Source: Candidatus Scalinduaceae bacterium
GTDB taxonomy: Bacteria > Planctomycetota > Brocadiia > Brocadiales > Scalinduaceae
Length of the DNA: 64,000 nt
Reading direction: 5' to 3'
Assembly: GCA_046759445.1 (NCBI GenBank)
Contig: JBHICG010000008.1
Coordinates: 15,239 to 79,238, forward strand
Under the pieces are notes generated by a model, which was not told the origin of the DNA, made no database searches, and saw nothing but the letters and a program-made list of their open reading frames with translations. The translations under genes were made by a program, and so were the position numbers. Positions 42,270-52,266 of the stretch are shown here, piece by piece. How positions within the stretch are numbered: position 1 is the first letter of the stretch; every line of letters starts with the position of its first letter.

Positions 42270-42719
42270 TTATAATCTGTTCTTTGTGCACTCGGTTAAC
42301 CATCTTAAATGATCTTCCTCCATCCTGATTATTATACTGTATTTTTCGATTGTTTCATTATCAACCTTATTCAGCAGAAGATCCTTTTGCCTTCTATACA
42401 TTGAAATACCACTTTTTTCAAGGTATATGTCCGTCCTTAATACTGTGTATTGACCACCAATTGTACTAAACAAGCCTAATATTTTAGCTAATAATCTAGT
42501 GATCTTTTCAAGTGGCAAAGGACAACTCCCGTATTTTATGATAATTTTTCTTAGTTCATTCTTATGCATATTTTCATCTTGACTTAATCTTTGAAGTTTT
42601 CCTTTAAAGATTTTATTCTTCATCATTCGTGACTGAATATCATAAATAACAGTTGCCCCAGTTTCTGCGAGATTATTTAATTTTATTGATAGTAGTAGTT
42701 TTCTCGTGAGCTTTGACAC
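42270..42719 (-). CDS. ferritin-like di-iron protein (Coq7-like)
   Basis: E..GA..IY, DENMH and EEDH ligand pattern. Confidence 0.6.
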   Translation of the reverse strand: MSKLTRKLLLSIKLNNLAETGATVIYDIQSRMMKNKIFKGKLQRLSQDENMHKNELRKIIIKYGSCPLPLEKITRLLAKILGLFSTIGGQYTVLRTDIYLEKSGISMYRRQKDLLLNKVDNETIEKYSIIIRMEEDHLRWLTECTKNRL

Positions 42720-42779
42720 TATAAGATCTTGGATTTGAATTTAAGAGGGATAAAGGAACACGATTAAAACACCCTTAGT

Positions 42780-42950
42780 TAGTATATGTTGTGGAAATAC
42801 GGTTTTGTCACCCTGAACTTGTTTTCAGAATCTAATAATTTCAATAACTCAGCAACCTTAGAGATACTGACCCCCTCAGCTTGCTAGCGCAAGATAGCAG
42901 AGGGGGCGGGATGACACTTTAGGTATTTTAACTTTCCATGACAGACACTA
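42780..42950. mobile_element. MITE-like element with nested palindromes
   Basis: Imperfect TIRs TAGTATATGTTGTGGAAA / TTTCCATGACAGACACTA; internal CCCCCTC...GAGGGGG. Confidence 0.55.
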
Positions 42951-42951
42951 A

Positions 42952-43620
42952 TTAGTGAATTGTCTTATTATTAGAATCTTTTCTCTTAAACTCAATGTTT
43001 TGCATTAATTCTTTGACCTCATCATCTGTTGTTTGCTCAAAATCATAGTAAAAGTTTCCGATTGCAAGAAAGATTTCAGGTATTTCCAAACAGATAATTT
43101 CGTCTGAAAGAGACTTCAGCTTCAGAAATGTTTCCTCGGGAGATAACGGTATAGCCACAACCAATTTTTTTAAACCTTCCTCATTAAGCGCCTTTATCGC
43201 AGCTATCATGGTAAAACCAGTTGCAACACCGTCGTCAACGAGTATTATGATTTTATCCTTCATGGAAGGTAGTTTCTTACCTCCTCGATAAGCGATTAAG
43301 CGTCTTTCAATCTCAGCCTTTTGTCTACTTATTTCTTCATCTAAATAACTTTGCGGAATATTATATCTTGTTACAATACTGTCATTAAGTTCTAATTTAC
43401 CATTTTCTGAAATCGCTCCAATTGCAAATTCTGATTCTCCAGGAAAACCTATCTTGTGGGTTATAATTACATCTAGAGGCGCACCAATCTTTTTTGCTAT
43501 TTCGGCACCAACAACAACACCCCCTCTAGGTAAAGCTATTACGATTACGTCTTTTTCACCACTATATTTAGCTAAATTTTCAGCTAATTTAATTCCTGCT
43601 TCTCTTCTGTCTTGAAACAC
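42952..43620 (-). CDS. phosphoribosyltransferase family protein
   Basis: FQDRREAG, ALPRGGV and ILVDDGVATG motifs. Confidence 0.9.
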   Translation of the reverse strand: MFQDRREAGIKLAENLAKYSGEKDVIVIALPRGGVVVGAEIAKKIGAPLDVIITHKIGFPGESEFAIGAISENGKLELNDSIVTRYNIPQSYLDEEISRQKAEIERRLIAYRGGKKLPSMKDKIIILVDDGVATGFTMIAAIKALNEEGLKKLVVAIPLSPEETFLKLKSLSDEIICLEIPEIFLAIGNFYYDFEQTTDDEVKELMQNIEFKRKDSNNKTIH

Positions 43621-43776
43621 TTATAATAATCCTTATATTTATGGCCTGCAAAGTAAATAAGATATATAATAATTCTTACTCGTAATACTCGTAATATAAA
43701 CAGTTTATTTTTAATTATCTATAAAAAACAGAAAACTTATCCATATTTAAGTTAGTAGATGGAGGATATTTCTGTT

Positions 43777-44049
43777 TTACAACTTTCCCGTTAATATTAA
43801 AATGCCCACGGATATAAATGCAACTGCGGATAGATACTTTATGAGATCTATGGGTACTACCTTTGTTATTACAACACCAAATGTCACACCTATTATGGTT
43901 ACTACGGCAAAAGCAATCATGGATCCTATAAAAACAGTAAAAGGATTGTTTGTCTTGCTCGTCATTATAATTGCTGCTATTTGTGTCTTATCGCCAAGTT
44001 CTGCAAGGAAGATTGCTGAAAATGTTGCTAAAAATATTTTCCAATCCAT
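43777..44049 (-). CDS. TMEM165/GDT1 (UPF0016) single-domain cation transporter
   Basis: FLAELGDKTQ motif. Confidence 0.9.
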   Translation of the reverse strand: MDWKIFLATFSAIFLAELGDKTQIAAIIMTSKTNNPFTVFIGSMIAFAVVTIIGVTFGVVITKVVPIDLIKYLSAVAFISVGILILTGKL

Positions 44050-44328
44050 GATAGTTCCTTTCTTTTAGTAAGTTATATGTTAAATTATTATGAAGGGTGA
44101 TGGATATATTTATAGATTACCTATGGAAATTATAACTATATAGGAATACTTCAAAATTTATTGTTTAATTTCAGTGTTTTCTATAAATTTATTATATGAT
44201 TTATTAATGTCATTTTGAATATAATAATTATGCATGTTTAAAATGAAAATTATTCTATCGAATTAAATTCGGGCATGTGGAAAGGGAGATAATTTATTAT
44301 TTCTTATTCAAGACATAAGCTATTATTA

Positions 44329-44850
44329 ATGACGTTTCTTATAGAGTGTGTTGCCTTAATAGTAGCTTTGTTTCTGGCAAGTTTTTTTGATGTTAAATTG
44401 CTCCCTTTAACTGAGAACATTTTACGTGATATCCTGATAGGCACTCTTGGGGCAGTGTTTCCTCTGGTTATATTCGTTCTTTTACTCTCTGAGAAGTCGG
44501 AAAATATTCCCTTTATGGGTTCACTTAGAAAGACTGTTATAAATGATATAAAGGTGATATTTTCTAACACTAAATTATTGGACATATGCCTGATTTCAGT
44601 TCTTGCCGGTTTTGCTGAGGAGATGTTATTTAGGGGGGTAATTCAGGTCAAATTAGGTATCATTGTGGCGAGCATAATCTTTGGACTTCTACATTTTATA
44701 ACCCCCGCTTATTGTGTTATCGCTACAATAATGGGATTATATATAGGATTGTTATTCCAGTATTACCAGAGTCTTCTTATACCTATTCAATTGCATTTTA
44801 TATATGATTTGGGAGCGCTGGTATATCTGAGATATTATGTAAGGACATAG
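44329..44850 (+). CDS. CPBP (CAAX/Abi) intramembrane metalloprotease
   Basis: EEMLFRG, FGLLH and HFIYD motifs. Confidence 0.88.
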   Translation: MTFLIECVALIVALFLASFFDVKLLPLTENILRDILIGTLGAVFPLVIFVLLLSEKSENIPFMGSLRKTVINDIKVIFSNTKLLDICLISVLAGFAEEMLFRGVIQVKLGIIVASIIFGLLHFITPAYCVIATIMGLYIGLLFQYYQSLLIPIQLHFIYDLGALVYLRYYVRT

Positions 44851-45128
44851 ACAAACGTGCCAAAATCATTGATTATTTTGAATCTCACATTGTAATACAA
44901 AAGATGGTTATTTATTCAATATAATGTGGAAAAACGTTAAACATTAAATATAATTTTACTTTAGTAAAGGATGATTTGTTACTTATGCCGTAATCTTATT
45001 ATTGACATGTTTGGAGAGGTTGTTTTCATAAGATTATGACCCATTAGGAAAAAGCATAAAAAACTATGCGATAATAAAGGATGGATTGTAGATAAGAATA
45101 AAAGAAAATTTGAAAAGGAGGAATAATA

Positions 45129-45296
45129 ATGGACATTCTTAAACAAGTTGGCGAACTAAAGGAATTTCTGGGCAGCGTATATTGTTTCTTAGAAGAAAAT
45201 GAGGATAAATTTGAAGATTCAAGCGAGTATGAAGAAATTAAGACGAAGACATGGGATTGGCAGCAAGAACTGGCAAAGTTCCTACCTGACATGTAG
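45129..45296 (+). CDS. 55-aa acidic small protein (absent from the ORF track)
   Basis: Strong RBS AAAGGAGG, ATG 45129 to TAG 45296: MDILKQVGELKEFLGSVYCFLEENEDKFEDSSEYEEIKTKTWDWQQELAKFLPDM. Confidence 0.65.
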   Translation: MDILKQVGELKEFLGSVYCFLEENEDKFEDSSEYEEIKTKTWDWQQELAKFLPDM

Positions 45297-45390
45297 ATTG
45301 AAATTCAGTTATATACAATTATGTGAAATCGAGTCAACGAATAATATTTTACATTATAGAAGATAATTTTTTCATGCTGAGGTGTGATCT

Positions 45391-47076
45391 ATGACAAGGC
45401 CGATGTTCTATGAAGAACGACCGGAATTTCCCATAAGGGCATACACTGGCACTGTACTGCACTGTAAAAACTGGGATAGCGAAGCTGCGCTGAGGATGCT
45501 TATGAATAACCTGGATCCCAATGTGGCAATACAACCAGAGGAGCTTATTGTTTATGGAGGCACAGGCAGGGCGGCGAGAAATTGGAGGGAGTATAACAGG
45601 ATTGTCAAGGCATTAAAGAGCCTCAAAGATGATGAAACGCTGTGCATACAGTCAGGGAAACCCGTTTATGTCGCACAAACCTATGAACGGGCTCCCAGGG
45701 TTGTCATTGCAAATGCAAATATTGTCCCCGAATGGGCTACTCAGGATAATTTTGAAAGATACGATGAGATGGGCTTAATAATGTATGGACAGATGACGGC
45801 TGGTAGCTGGATATATATCGGTACACAGGGGATAATACAGGGCACCTATGAGACGTTTGCAGCCCTTGGGAAAAAGGAGTTTGATTCTGCTTCTTTGAAG
45901 GGGAAATTTATTTTAACAGCCGGAATGGGTGGCATGAGTGGGGCCCAACCGCTTGCAGTTACCATGAATGAGGGCGTAATACTGGATGTGGAAGTAAGGA
46001 GAGAAAGGATACAAAGGAAAGTAGATGAAGGATATTGTGACAGGATTACGGATAATATAGATGAGGCATTGGAATGGGTAATGGATGCCAGGGAAAAGGA
46101 GTTTCCGCTTTCGGTGGGATTGGTAGGCAATGCTGCAGACGTTCACCCTGAGTTGGTAAGGAGGGATGTTATTCCAGATATTGTTACAGACCAGACTCCA
46201 GCCCATGACATATATTCTTATGTGCCAGTAGGTGACTTAGTCGAACTTGATGAGCTTCGCCAAAAAGATAAAGGAGAATATAAAAAGAGGGCATTGGATT
46301 CTGTTTACGCCCACACCAATGCGATATTGGAGATGCAAGAAAAGGGCGCTATATGTTTTGATTATGGGAATAATTTACGCGGACAAGCTGAATCAGCGGG
46401 TGTTAGGATTAGGAGAGAAGATGGCAAATTTAAGTATCCTGGTTTTGTACCCGCCTATATACGTCCACTTTTTTGTGAGGGAAAAGGCCCTTTTAGGTGG
46501 GCGGCATTGTCTGGTGATAAAGTTGATATTGAGGAGATAGACAATGAATTGCTTAAAACATTTCCGGAAGATTTATCACTTGTTAGATGGATAAAACTTG
46601 CTAAGGAGAAAATTCCAACGCTGGGATTACCTGCAAGAATATGCTGGTTGGGGTATAGAGATAGAGCAGAATTCGGCTTGGTTATAAATAACAAGGTGAA
46701 GAATGGCAAGGTAAAGGCGCCAATTGTGATTGGGAGAGACCATCTTGACTGTGGTTCTGTCGCTTCTCCGTATAGAGAAACTGAAGATATGAAGGATGGG
46801 AGCGATGCCATAGCTGATTGGCCTCTCATTAATTTTGCCCTAAATACCATAGCAGGCGCAAGCTGGGTAAGCTTTCATCATGGGGGAGGAGTGGGCATTG
46901 GTAACTCGCTACATGCTGGTATGGTGATAGTCGCAGATGGGACAAGAGAAAGAGACAAAAGGCTTGAGAGGGTATTAACGGTAGATCCTGGCATTGGCAT
47001 TGCCAGACACGTGGATGCCGGTTATGAAAGGGCAAAGGATATTGCAATTGAAAAAGAAGTAAAAATTCCTGATTGA
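45391..47076 (+). CDS. hutU: urocanate hydratase
   Basis: [23 protein letters not shown] and HHGGGVG motifs. Confidence 0.97.
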   Translation: MTRPMFYEERPEFPIRAYTGTVLHCKNWDSEAALRMLMNNLDPNVAIQPEELIVYGGTGRAARNWREYNRIVKALKSLKDDETLCIQSGKPVYVAQTYERAPRVVIANANIVPEWATQDNFERYDEMGLIMYGQMTAGSWIYIGTQGIIQGTYETFAALGKKEFDSASLKGKFILTAGMGGMSGAQPLAVTMNEGVILDVEVRRERIQRKVDEGYCDRITDNIDEALEWVMDAREKEFPLSVGLVGNAADVHPELVRRDVIPDIVTDQTPAHDIYSYVPVGDLVELDELRQKDKGEYKKRALDSVYAHTNAILEMQEKGAICFDYGNNLRGQAESAGVRIRREDGKFKYPGFVPAYIRPLFCEGKGPFRWAALSGDKVDIEEIDNELLKTFPEDLSLVRWIKLAKEKIPTLGLPARICWLGYRDRAEFGLVINNKVKNGKVKAPIVIGRDHLDCGSVASPYRETEDMKDGSDAIADWPLINFALNTIAGASWVSFHHGGGVGIGNSLHAGMVIVADGTRERDKRLERVLTVDPGIGIARHVDAGYERAKDIAIEKEVKIPD

Positions 47077-47167
47077 CTTTTACAAAAAGATTTGTTATTT
47101 TGAGAAATCTAAATTGTAATCATTACTGTATAATAATTAATTTATTTTAAAAGAAAGGAGAACAGAC

Positions 47168-47770
47168 ATGAGTGTATTAGTTACTAAGGAAGCGCCAGAT
47201 TTTACGGCTGCTGCTGTGTTACCAGATGGTACCATCAAGGAAGACTTTAAGTTGTCTGATCTGAAGGGCAAATACGTAGTGATTTTCTTCTATCCTCTGG
47301 ACTTCACATTTGTGTGTCCGACAGAGATAATTGCTCACGACAAGCGAATTGATGAATTTAAGAAACGAGACGTAGAAGTAGTATGTGTATCTATCGATTC
47401 ACAGTTCACACACTTTTCCTGGCGAAATACGCCTGTAAAAAAAGGTGGTATTGGTTCGATACGATTCCCGATGGTAGCGGATGTTAAACACGAAATTGCA
47501 CAGGCATATGGGATTGAATATACTGATGCTGGTGTTGCATTGCGTGCATCATTTCTGATTGACAAAGACGGTATTGTTCAGCATCAGGTAGTTAACAATC
47601 TTCCTCTCGGAAGGAATGTCGATGAGATGCTTCGTGTAGTTGATGCCTTACAATTTCATGAGCAGCATGGAGAAGTCTGCCCTGCAGGCTGGCATAAGGG
47701 TGAGGATGGAATGAAACCAACGGCAGATGGTGTGGCTGAATATCTATCTGCTCATTCAGGAAAGCTGTGA
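47168..47770 (+). CDS. 2-Cys peroxiredoxin (AhpC family)
   Basis: FYPLDFTFVCPTE and GEVCPAGW motifs. Confidence 0.95.
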   Translation: MSVLVTKEAPDFTAAAVLPDGTIKEDFKLSDLKGKYVVIFFYPLDFTFVCPTEIIAHDKRIDEFKKRDVEVVCVSIDSQFTHFSWRNTPVKKGGIGSIRFPMVADVKHEIAQAYGIEYTDAGVALRASFLIDKDGIVQHQVVNNLPLGRNVDEMLRVVDALQFHEQHGEVCPAGWHKGEDGMKPTADGVAEYLSAHSGKL

Positions 47771-47984
47771 ATGGTGAATGGGGAGCAAACAATGACAAGC
47801 GTCCGTAAAGGCTAAAGAAATTGTGGTAGACGAAGCACACGATTTATCTATGAGTCCTCAAGAGATGGGGGTCGTCATGCAAGAACTCTTGAAGGATTTT
47901 TGAAAAGATATTTTTAAACAGTAAGCATAAGAGGAATATAGGATCACCTATTTGTGTGACCCTATTTGTGACCCCGAATGATTA

Positions 47985-48353
47985 GTTAGGATTCCGGGGT
48001 GCTTTGCAATCATGGAAAGTTAAAGACGGCTCCGGAAGTATCCCGATACGTCTTAAAAGATGGGTGATTCAAATATGAATAGAGTGCATTGATTCCTGTG
48101 TATGGAACACCTAATACCGCCATACTGTCGAAGAACGCTGGTCAATCGTCGTGGTGTTGCCCCCATCTCGATCCATTTGGATAAAACTTACCAGCGCGAT
48201 ATCCATAACCGCGATTGTCGCTATTAGACATCTCATCGTTGTAGCGGATAGTCCAATTATACCATAAATCAATAAATCCGTACGATTTAGACAATTCTAT
48301 TAATGCAGGATCCATGACTATTTCTTTCTAGTTTAGGGTTATCATCTGAAAAA
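47985..48353 (-). pseudogene. degenerate distal integron cassette
   Basis: Follows a core site; broken reading frames; ends in TCCTAAC. Confidence 0.4.
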
Positions 48354-48408
48354 GCCTAATGCGGTAGGGAGCGATAGTTCAGCTCCGCATTCGGGAGAGC
48401 GCAGCGCG

Positions 48409-48467
48409 ACCTAACGCCCTGGGTAAGCCGCGCAGTCTTCCGCATCGGCTTGACCCCGATGTTAGGC
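48409..48467 (-). other. attC site (59 bp)
   Basis: GCCTAAC...GTTAGGT with internal dyad symmetry, directly after the stop of the 48475 ORF. Confidence 0.88.
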
Positions 48468-48474
48468 AGTTCAC

Positions 48475-49377
48475 TCAACACCAAGAGACAAAGCGATTAC
48501 CGAACTTTTCTTTAACCTCTTCATGATTCTCGACAAAATCCAAAATATCATCCGAATGCACCTTCTTAAAGTATACCCCCTCTTTTAGTGCAGTATCTAT
48601 CTCTTCTTTTGAGATTTCTAGTTCAAGCAAGTCTAAGATTTCACTAATTATTTTTTGCTTGTCTGTCAGAAAATCTTCGTAACATAGTGGATAGGCTTGA
48701 ATTCCTGCCAACTTAAACTCTTCCATTAATTGATGCTTGTGGGTAAGAATCTTCTCGCATTTTAATATGATTTCTTCAAGCCGTTTGCAATCAACATAAA
48801 TCTTTCCTATTTCCTCTTTACTGATCTCACCATTTGCTATTTTAAACTGTAAATGACCGGGTTTGCCCGTACCATCCCCATGATACTTGGATAGTCCCCA
48901 TCTCAATACGTCTTGACGTACAGCCAGGAAAACTACTACGTCATTTCTTCTCAATAGATTGATCATCATGCGTCTAAATGGCCATTCCATAAATATTTTC
49001 GACAATCTATTCCAAGGAGAAAATGCTGCCATGTATGGAAAATTTTTTCTAGGAGGAGTAAATCGCATCTTGAATCCGACTACCCCATTCCTACTAAATT
49101 CCTTAAAGGGCCTTCTTGCCGTTCTGGTGTAGATTTGGTTCAATCGTTTAAAATCAATCGGTTCTTTGTTGTAAATGATGTCAAGAGAACGCTCTAAGCT
49201 CCTGAGAGGCATAGAGCCACAGTTTTTTCTATCAAATGGTTCCCAGGCTTTATCAACAGGTTCCCATTCACTACTATCCACCTGATGGATAATTGAAATT
49301 TGTTCAAAGTTATCTAGTAGATGTACCAGAGGGCTCGTTCCTTCTTTCTCTGTAAAAAAGATAATAAAATTTCGCAT
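48475..49377 (-). CDS. integron cassette, sulfotransferase-like (Stf0-type) protein
   Basis: KEGTS, VGFKM, LAVRQDVL and YEDF patterns; bounded by att sites. Confidence 0.55.
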   Translation of the reverse strand: MRNFIIFFTEKEGTSPLVHLLDNFEQISIIHQVDSSEWEPVDKAWEPFDRKNCGSMPLRSLERSLDIIYNKEPIDFKRLNQIYTRTARRPFKEFSRNGVVGFKMRFTPPRKNFPYMAAFSPWNRLSKIFMEWPFRRMMINLLRRNDVVVFLAVRQDVLRWGLSKYHGDGTGKPGHLQFKIANGEISKEEIGKIYVDCKRLEEIILKCEKILTHKHQLMEEFKLAGIQAYPLCYEDFLTDKQKIISEILDLLELEISKEEIDTALKEGVYFKKVHSDDILDFVENHEEVKEKFGNRFVSWC

Positions 49378-49451
49378 TCTCTTTTTCCTTATGTAATAAA
49401 TTGCAGGACTCTGTCTAATGCGGAGCAGTACCTTATTAGCTGTGTCAAATA

Positions 49452-50201
49452 CTAGAATGCATCATCGTGCCAGTCCCAGTTGCGGATATCTTCTTCGATC
49501 TTTTTCAGTGCAATCATTCGCGTTACTCGATCTTCAAATATTCTTCGGTAGAGGCTCGGTTTAAGAACCTTGACCCAAGTCCTTCGAGGCGTAGGGGACG
49601 CCAGAATCCTTGCAATAATCTTCTTCCATGATTTTGACGCGTTGTAATTTACTGAGCCATACTTCTCGTAGCAGGGATAGTTCTTCAAGAAATCGACAAC
49701 ACGTTTTATAGATGGAAAAGATACATCATCAATCGCAAGGTAACCTCCTACTCGGAGTAAGCGCGTACCATAGAAGCAATCCAAGAGTGTATGGTCAAAT
49801 GTGTGGAAACCATCTATGAAAATGAAGTCAAACTCGCCTTCCTTCTCTTCCAACAACCGTGGCAGTGCGAACTCTGACTTGACTTCGATGAGATGGAAAT
49901 AATCAATTCCTGCCTCTTCTAAATTCCTTATGCCAGCGCCATCGAACAGAGTTTTTTGGAATGGATCTATGATAGTGTGCGAAGCCCCGGCTCGTTCCCG
50001 GGTGGCTAAGCAAATAAACAACGATGAAAGCCCATAACCGCAGCCAACTTCGAGAGTCTTTAGAATTTGGGAATCATTATTTATGATGTCAAAAAGGAAC
50101 TCTCCTTCATGGCGATCGATCTCAGAGTGTAGTTTATGAACTTCCCCGCTTTGCCCTATAACTGTGCCCGTCTCGTAAATCTTCTGGATAATCTGCTTCA
50201 T
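49452..50201 (-). CDS. integron cassette, class I SAM-dependent methyltransferase
   Basis: LEVGCGYGLS, FDFIFIDGFH and GGYLAIDD motifs; ATG 50201 lies downstream of the attC. Confidence 0.85.
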   Translation of the reverse strand: MKQIIQKIYETGTVIGQSGEVHKLHSEIDRHEGEFLFDIINNDSQILKTLEVGCGYGLSSLFICLATRERAGASHTIIDPFQKTLFDGAGIRNLEEAGIDYFHLIEVKSEFALPRLLEEKEGEFDFIFIDGFHTFDHTLLDCFYGTRLLRVGGYLAIDDVSFPSIKRVVDFLKNYPCYEKYGSVNYNASKSWKKIIARILASPTPRRTWVKVLKPSLYRRIFEDRVTRMIALKKIEEDIRNWDWHDDAF

Positions 50202-50222
50202 GTCTGGTCTTTTTTCCCGCAC

Positions 50223-50294
50223 TGCTAACATTCGAATTCACCGGCTGGGCTCGCGCGAAGCGCGAGAACAATCCGGTGGAATGAGTGGTTAGAT
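50223..50294 (-). other. attC site (72 bp)
   Basis: ATCTAAC..TTCCACCGG..CTCGCGCTTCGCGCGAG..CCGGTGAA..GTTAGCA. Confidence 0.88.
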
Positions 50295-50295
50295 G

Positions 50296-50814
50296 CTAAT
50301 AATCTGGAGATTGTAATTTTCTCATCAATACTTTAACTAAGGTATCTCTTTCATTTTTATCTAAGCCATCTGCTATAGCAGATTCAAATTTTTTTATTCT
50401 GTCTTGCTTTTCCAAGAAATTTATAATGTCATGGTTAACCCTTACAGCATCTTCTAATGTACCATGTAATTTGAGCAAATCTTCAGCAGTGCAAACTTTG
50501 TTTTCATAATTTTTTAATAATTTTTCTAATCTTTCATATTCATTTCCCCAATCTTGAAAATTGTTTTCCATTTTTATATAACCTTCGGCATCACCAACTA
50601 TCCACGCTTTTATTAAAGCAATCTCTTCTGCAGCTATCTGTCTATTAGATTGAAGTTTGTTGATGGTTTCTTCAATTCGTGACGATGTTTCTTTTTGCAT
50701 TTCTTCGCGGACAATATTCTTCGCTGCGCTTAGCGCACTACCTGCTTGCTGAAAGGCGCCCTCTGACATACTATTTCTTGCATTCGCCATAGTTTTTGTT
50801 ACTCCAAGATTCAT
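50296..50814 (-). CDS. integron cassette, hypothetical helical protein
   Basis: RBS AGGAGG; begins after GCTAGAT and ends at the attC ATCTAAC. Confidence 0.8.
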   Translation of the reverse strand: MNLGVTKTMANARNSMSEGAFQQAGSALSAAKNIVREEMQKETSSRIEETINKLQSNRQIAAEEIALIKAWIVGDAEGYIKMENNFQDWGNEYERLEKLLKNYENKVCTAEDLLKLHGTLEDAVRVNHDIINFLEKQDRIKKFESAIADGLDKNERDTLVKVLMRKLQSPDY

Positions 50815-50858
50815 GAGTTCCTCCTTTTTTAAATATTATTTTTTACATCTAGCTAAAT

Positions 50859-51187
50859 AGGGACGACAGCGACTATTTATTGCCCTTTCGTGGCCTTCCC
50901 CAAGGTAGTGCCCTTAATCTTCTTCCAAATAATTTCTCAAGCTTTTTCATAAATCTATCATCACCACAAGGCCTTCCTGTTATCGAACACTTCCTTTATG
51001 TTTCTTATGATTTGTTCATCTTCTTTTTCTTTATTATATGCCATGATTTAAAATACCACATAAAACAAATAGGCGCGTTGTACTAGCTCAATAATTTAGT
51101 AATAAACTTTAGTCTTATGTATTGTTTTCTAATAGTGTTATAGTAAAAAAGAGTTACCTAATTACTGAGCATATACAGCTGTCCCTA
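50859..51187 (-). mobile_element. non-autonomous RAYT-derived element inside an attC
   Basis: Ends AGGGAC(GAC)AGC / GCTGTCCCT; internal transposase-like 3' fragment homologous to 9159-9345. Confidence 0.65.
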
Positions 51188-51229
51188 ATTACGTCTGAAT
51201 TAAATTGTTTGCTTTGATTTTTTCAAGAA

Positions 51230-51997
51230 TTAAACAATTTGTTCATCTCTGTATAAAAATATTTCTCCCGTTTTATAGCTTTCTTTACCATTCTCAGGAT
51301 ACCAAATATCATTATTCTTATTTGTCCATTGGGGAAACAAATGATCTATTGCATTATGAATGAAATATGCCGGTGCCATAGTTTTTAGATAATACTCATG
51401 CCACTTGTGATAATCCTGCATTCCTGCTTTGCTGTTTGGATCGCTCGGCCAAAATCGAACAAAATAATTCTGACCTAAAGAAACGCAGTTTATTATTTTA
51501 TGTTTGTGCCCGTCACAATTTTTCTGAAGGGTGGAAAGAATTTCGGTTGTATTGAAACCCGATTCTTCATATGAAAAAAGGCCTATGAACCGATCTAGAG
51601 CGTAAGTGGAAAATGGATTGATCAATTCTGCAATTTTGCATAACTTTTTTATTGCAGAGTTAAAATCTTCGTTTTGGTAAAGTTTTGTTTTAACTTCTAT
51701 CACCCCTCGCACGGCATCCGGGGTAAGAATGACAAAATTACCTTCTTGAAACAAAACTGGTTTTGAATTGTCATACAGAAGAATATCTATTTGTGTAGAA
51801 GGTTTCCCTTCGGAAACAATAAAGCCGCTTCCAATCCCTATGCTTGTAGGGAAGTGCCTTCTCAACATAGTCCTAATTACACTTTCTTTCCATTCACCGT
51901 CTGACAGCCAATGCCTATCGTTTATATAATGACGGACCCTGTCCTTCAAAGATTCAAGTTCCATCGTCAAATTTTTAAAATGATTTTCTATATTCAT
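51230..51997 (-). CDS. first integron cassette, DUF6602-like PD-(D/E)xK domain protein
   Basis: GEWKE, GSGFI, STQIDILLYD and VIEVKT motifs. Confidence 0.75.
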   Translation of the reverse strand: MNIENHFKNLTMELESLKDRVRHYINDRHWLSDGEWKESVIRTMLRRHFPTSIGIGSGFIVSEGKPSTQIDILLYDNSKPVLFQEGNFVILTPDAVRGVIEVKTKLYQNEDFNSAIKKLCKIAELINPFSTYALDRFIGLFSYEESGFNTTEILSTLQKNCDGHKHKIINCVSLGQNYFVRFWPSDPNSKAGMQDYHKWHEYYLKTMAPAYFIHNAIDHLFPQWTNKNNDIWYPENGKESYKTGEIFLYRDEQIV

Positions 51998-52003
51998 ATT
52001 ATG

Positions 52004-52070
52004 TAAGCGAATGCGGAGCTAAGCGAAGTCGGAGCAGGCTCAAGCTGGAAGCTTGAAGGCTGATGAGACT
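52004..52070 (-). other. putative attI region
   Basis: Lies between the divergent intI and the first cassette; core AGCTCCGCA|TTCGCT. Confidence 0.5.
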
Positions 52071-52266
52071 ATTAATATAAGATATTATGTTTATTGTGTA
52101 TTTTTAATGTTCAGCATATTAAATTAATAAAGTATTTAAATCAATAAAAAATTAAGTAAATCTTAATCTAATAATAATATATGTAAATAATATTTTTATT
52201 TGTAATTCTCTTAAATAATGTTTATTATTCTATTATAAGTAATTCTTTTTAAATATAATTAACGAA

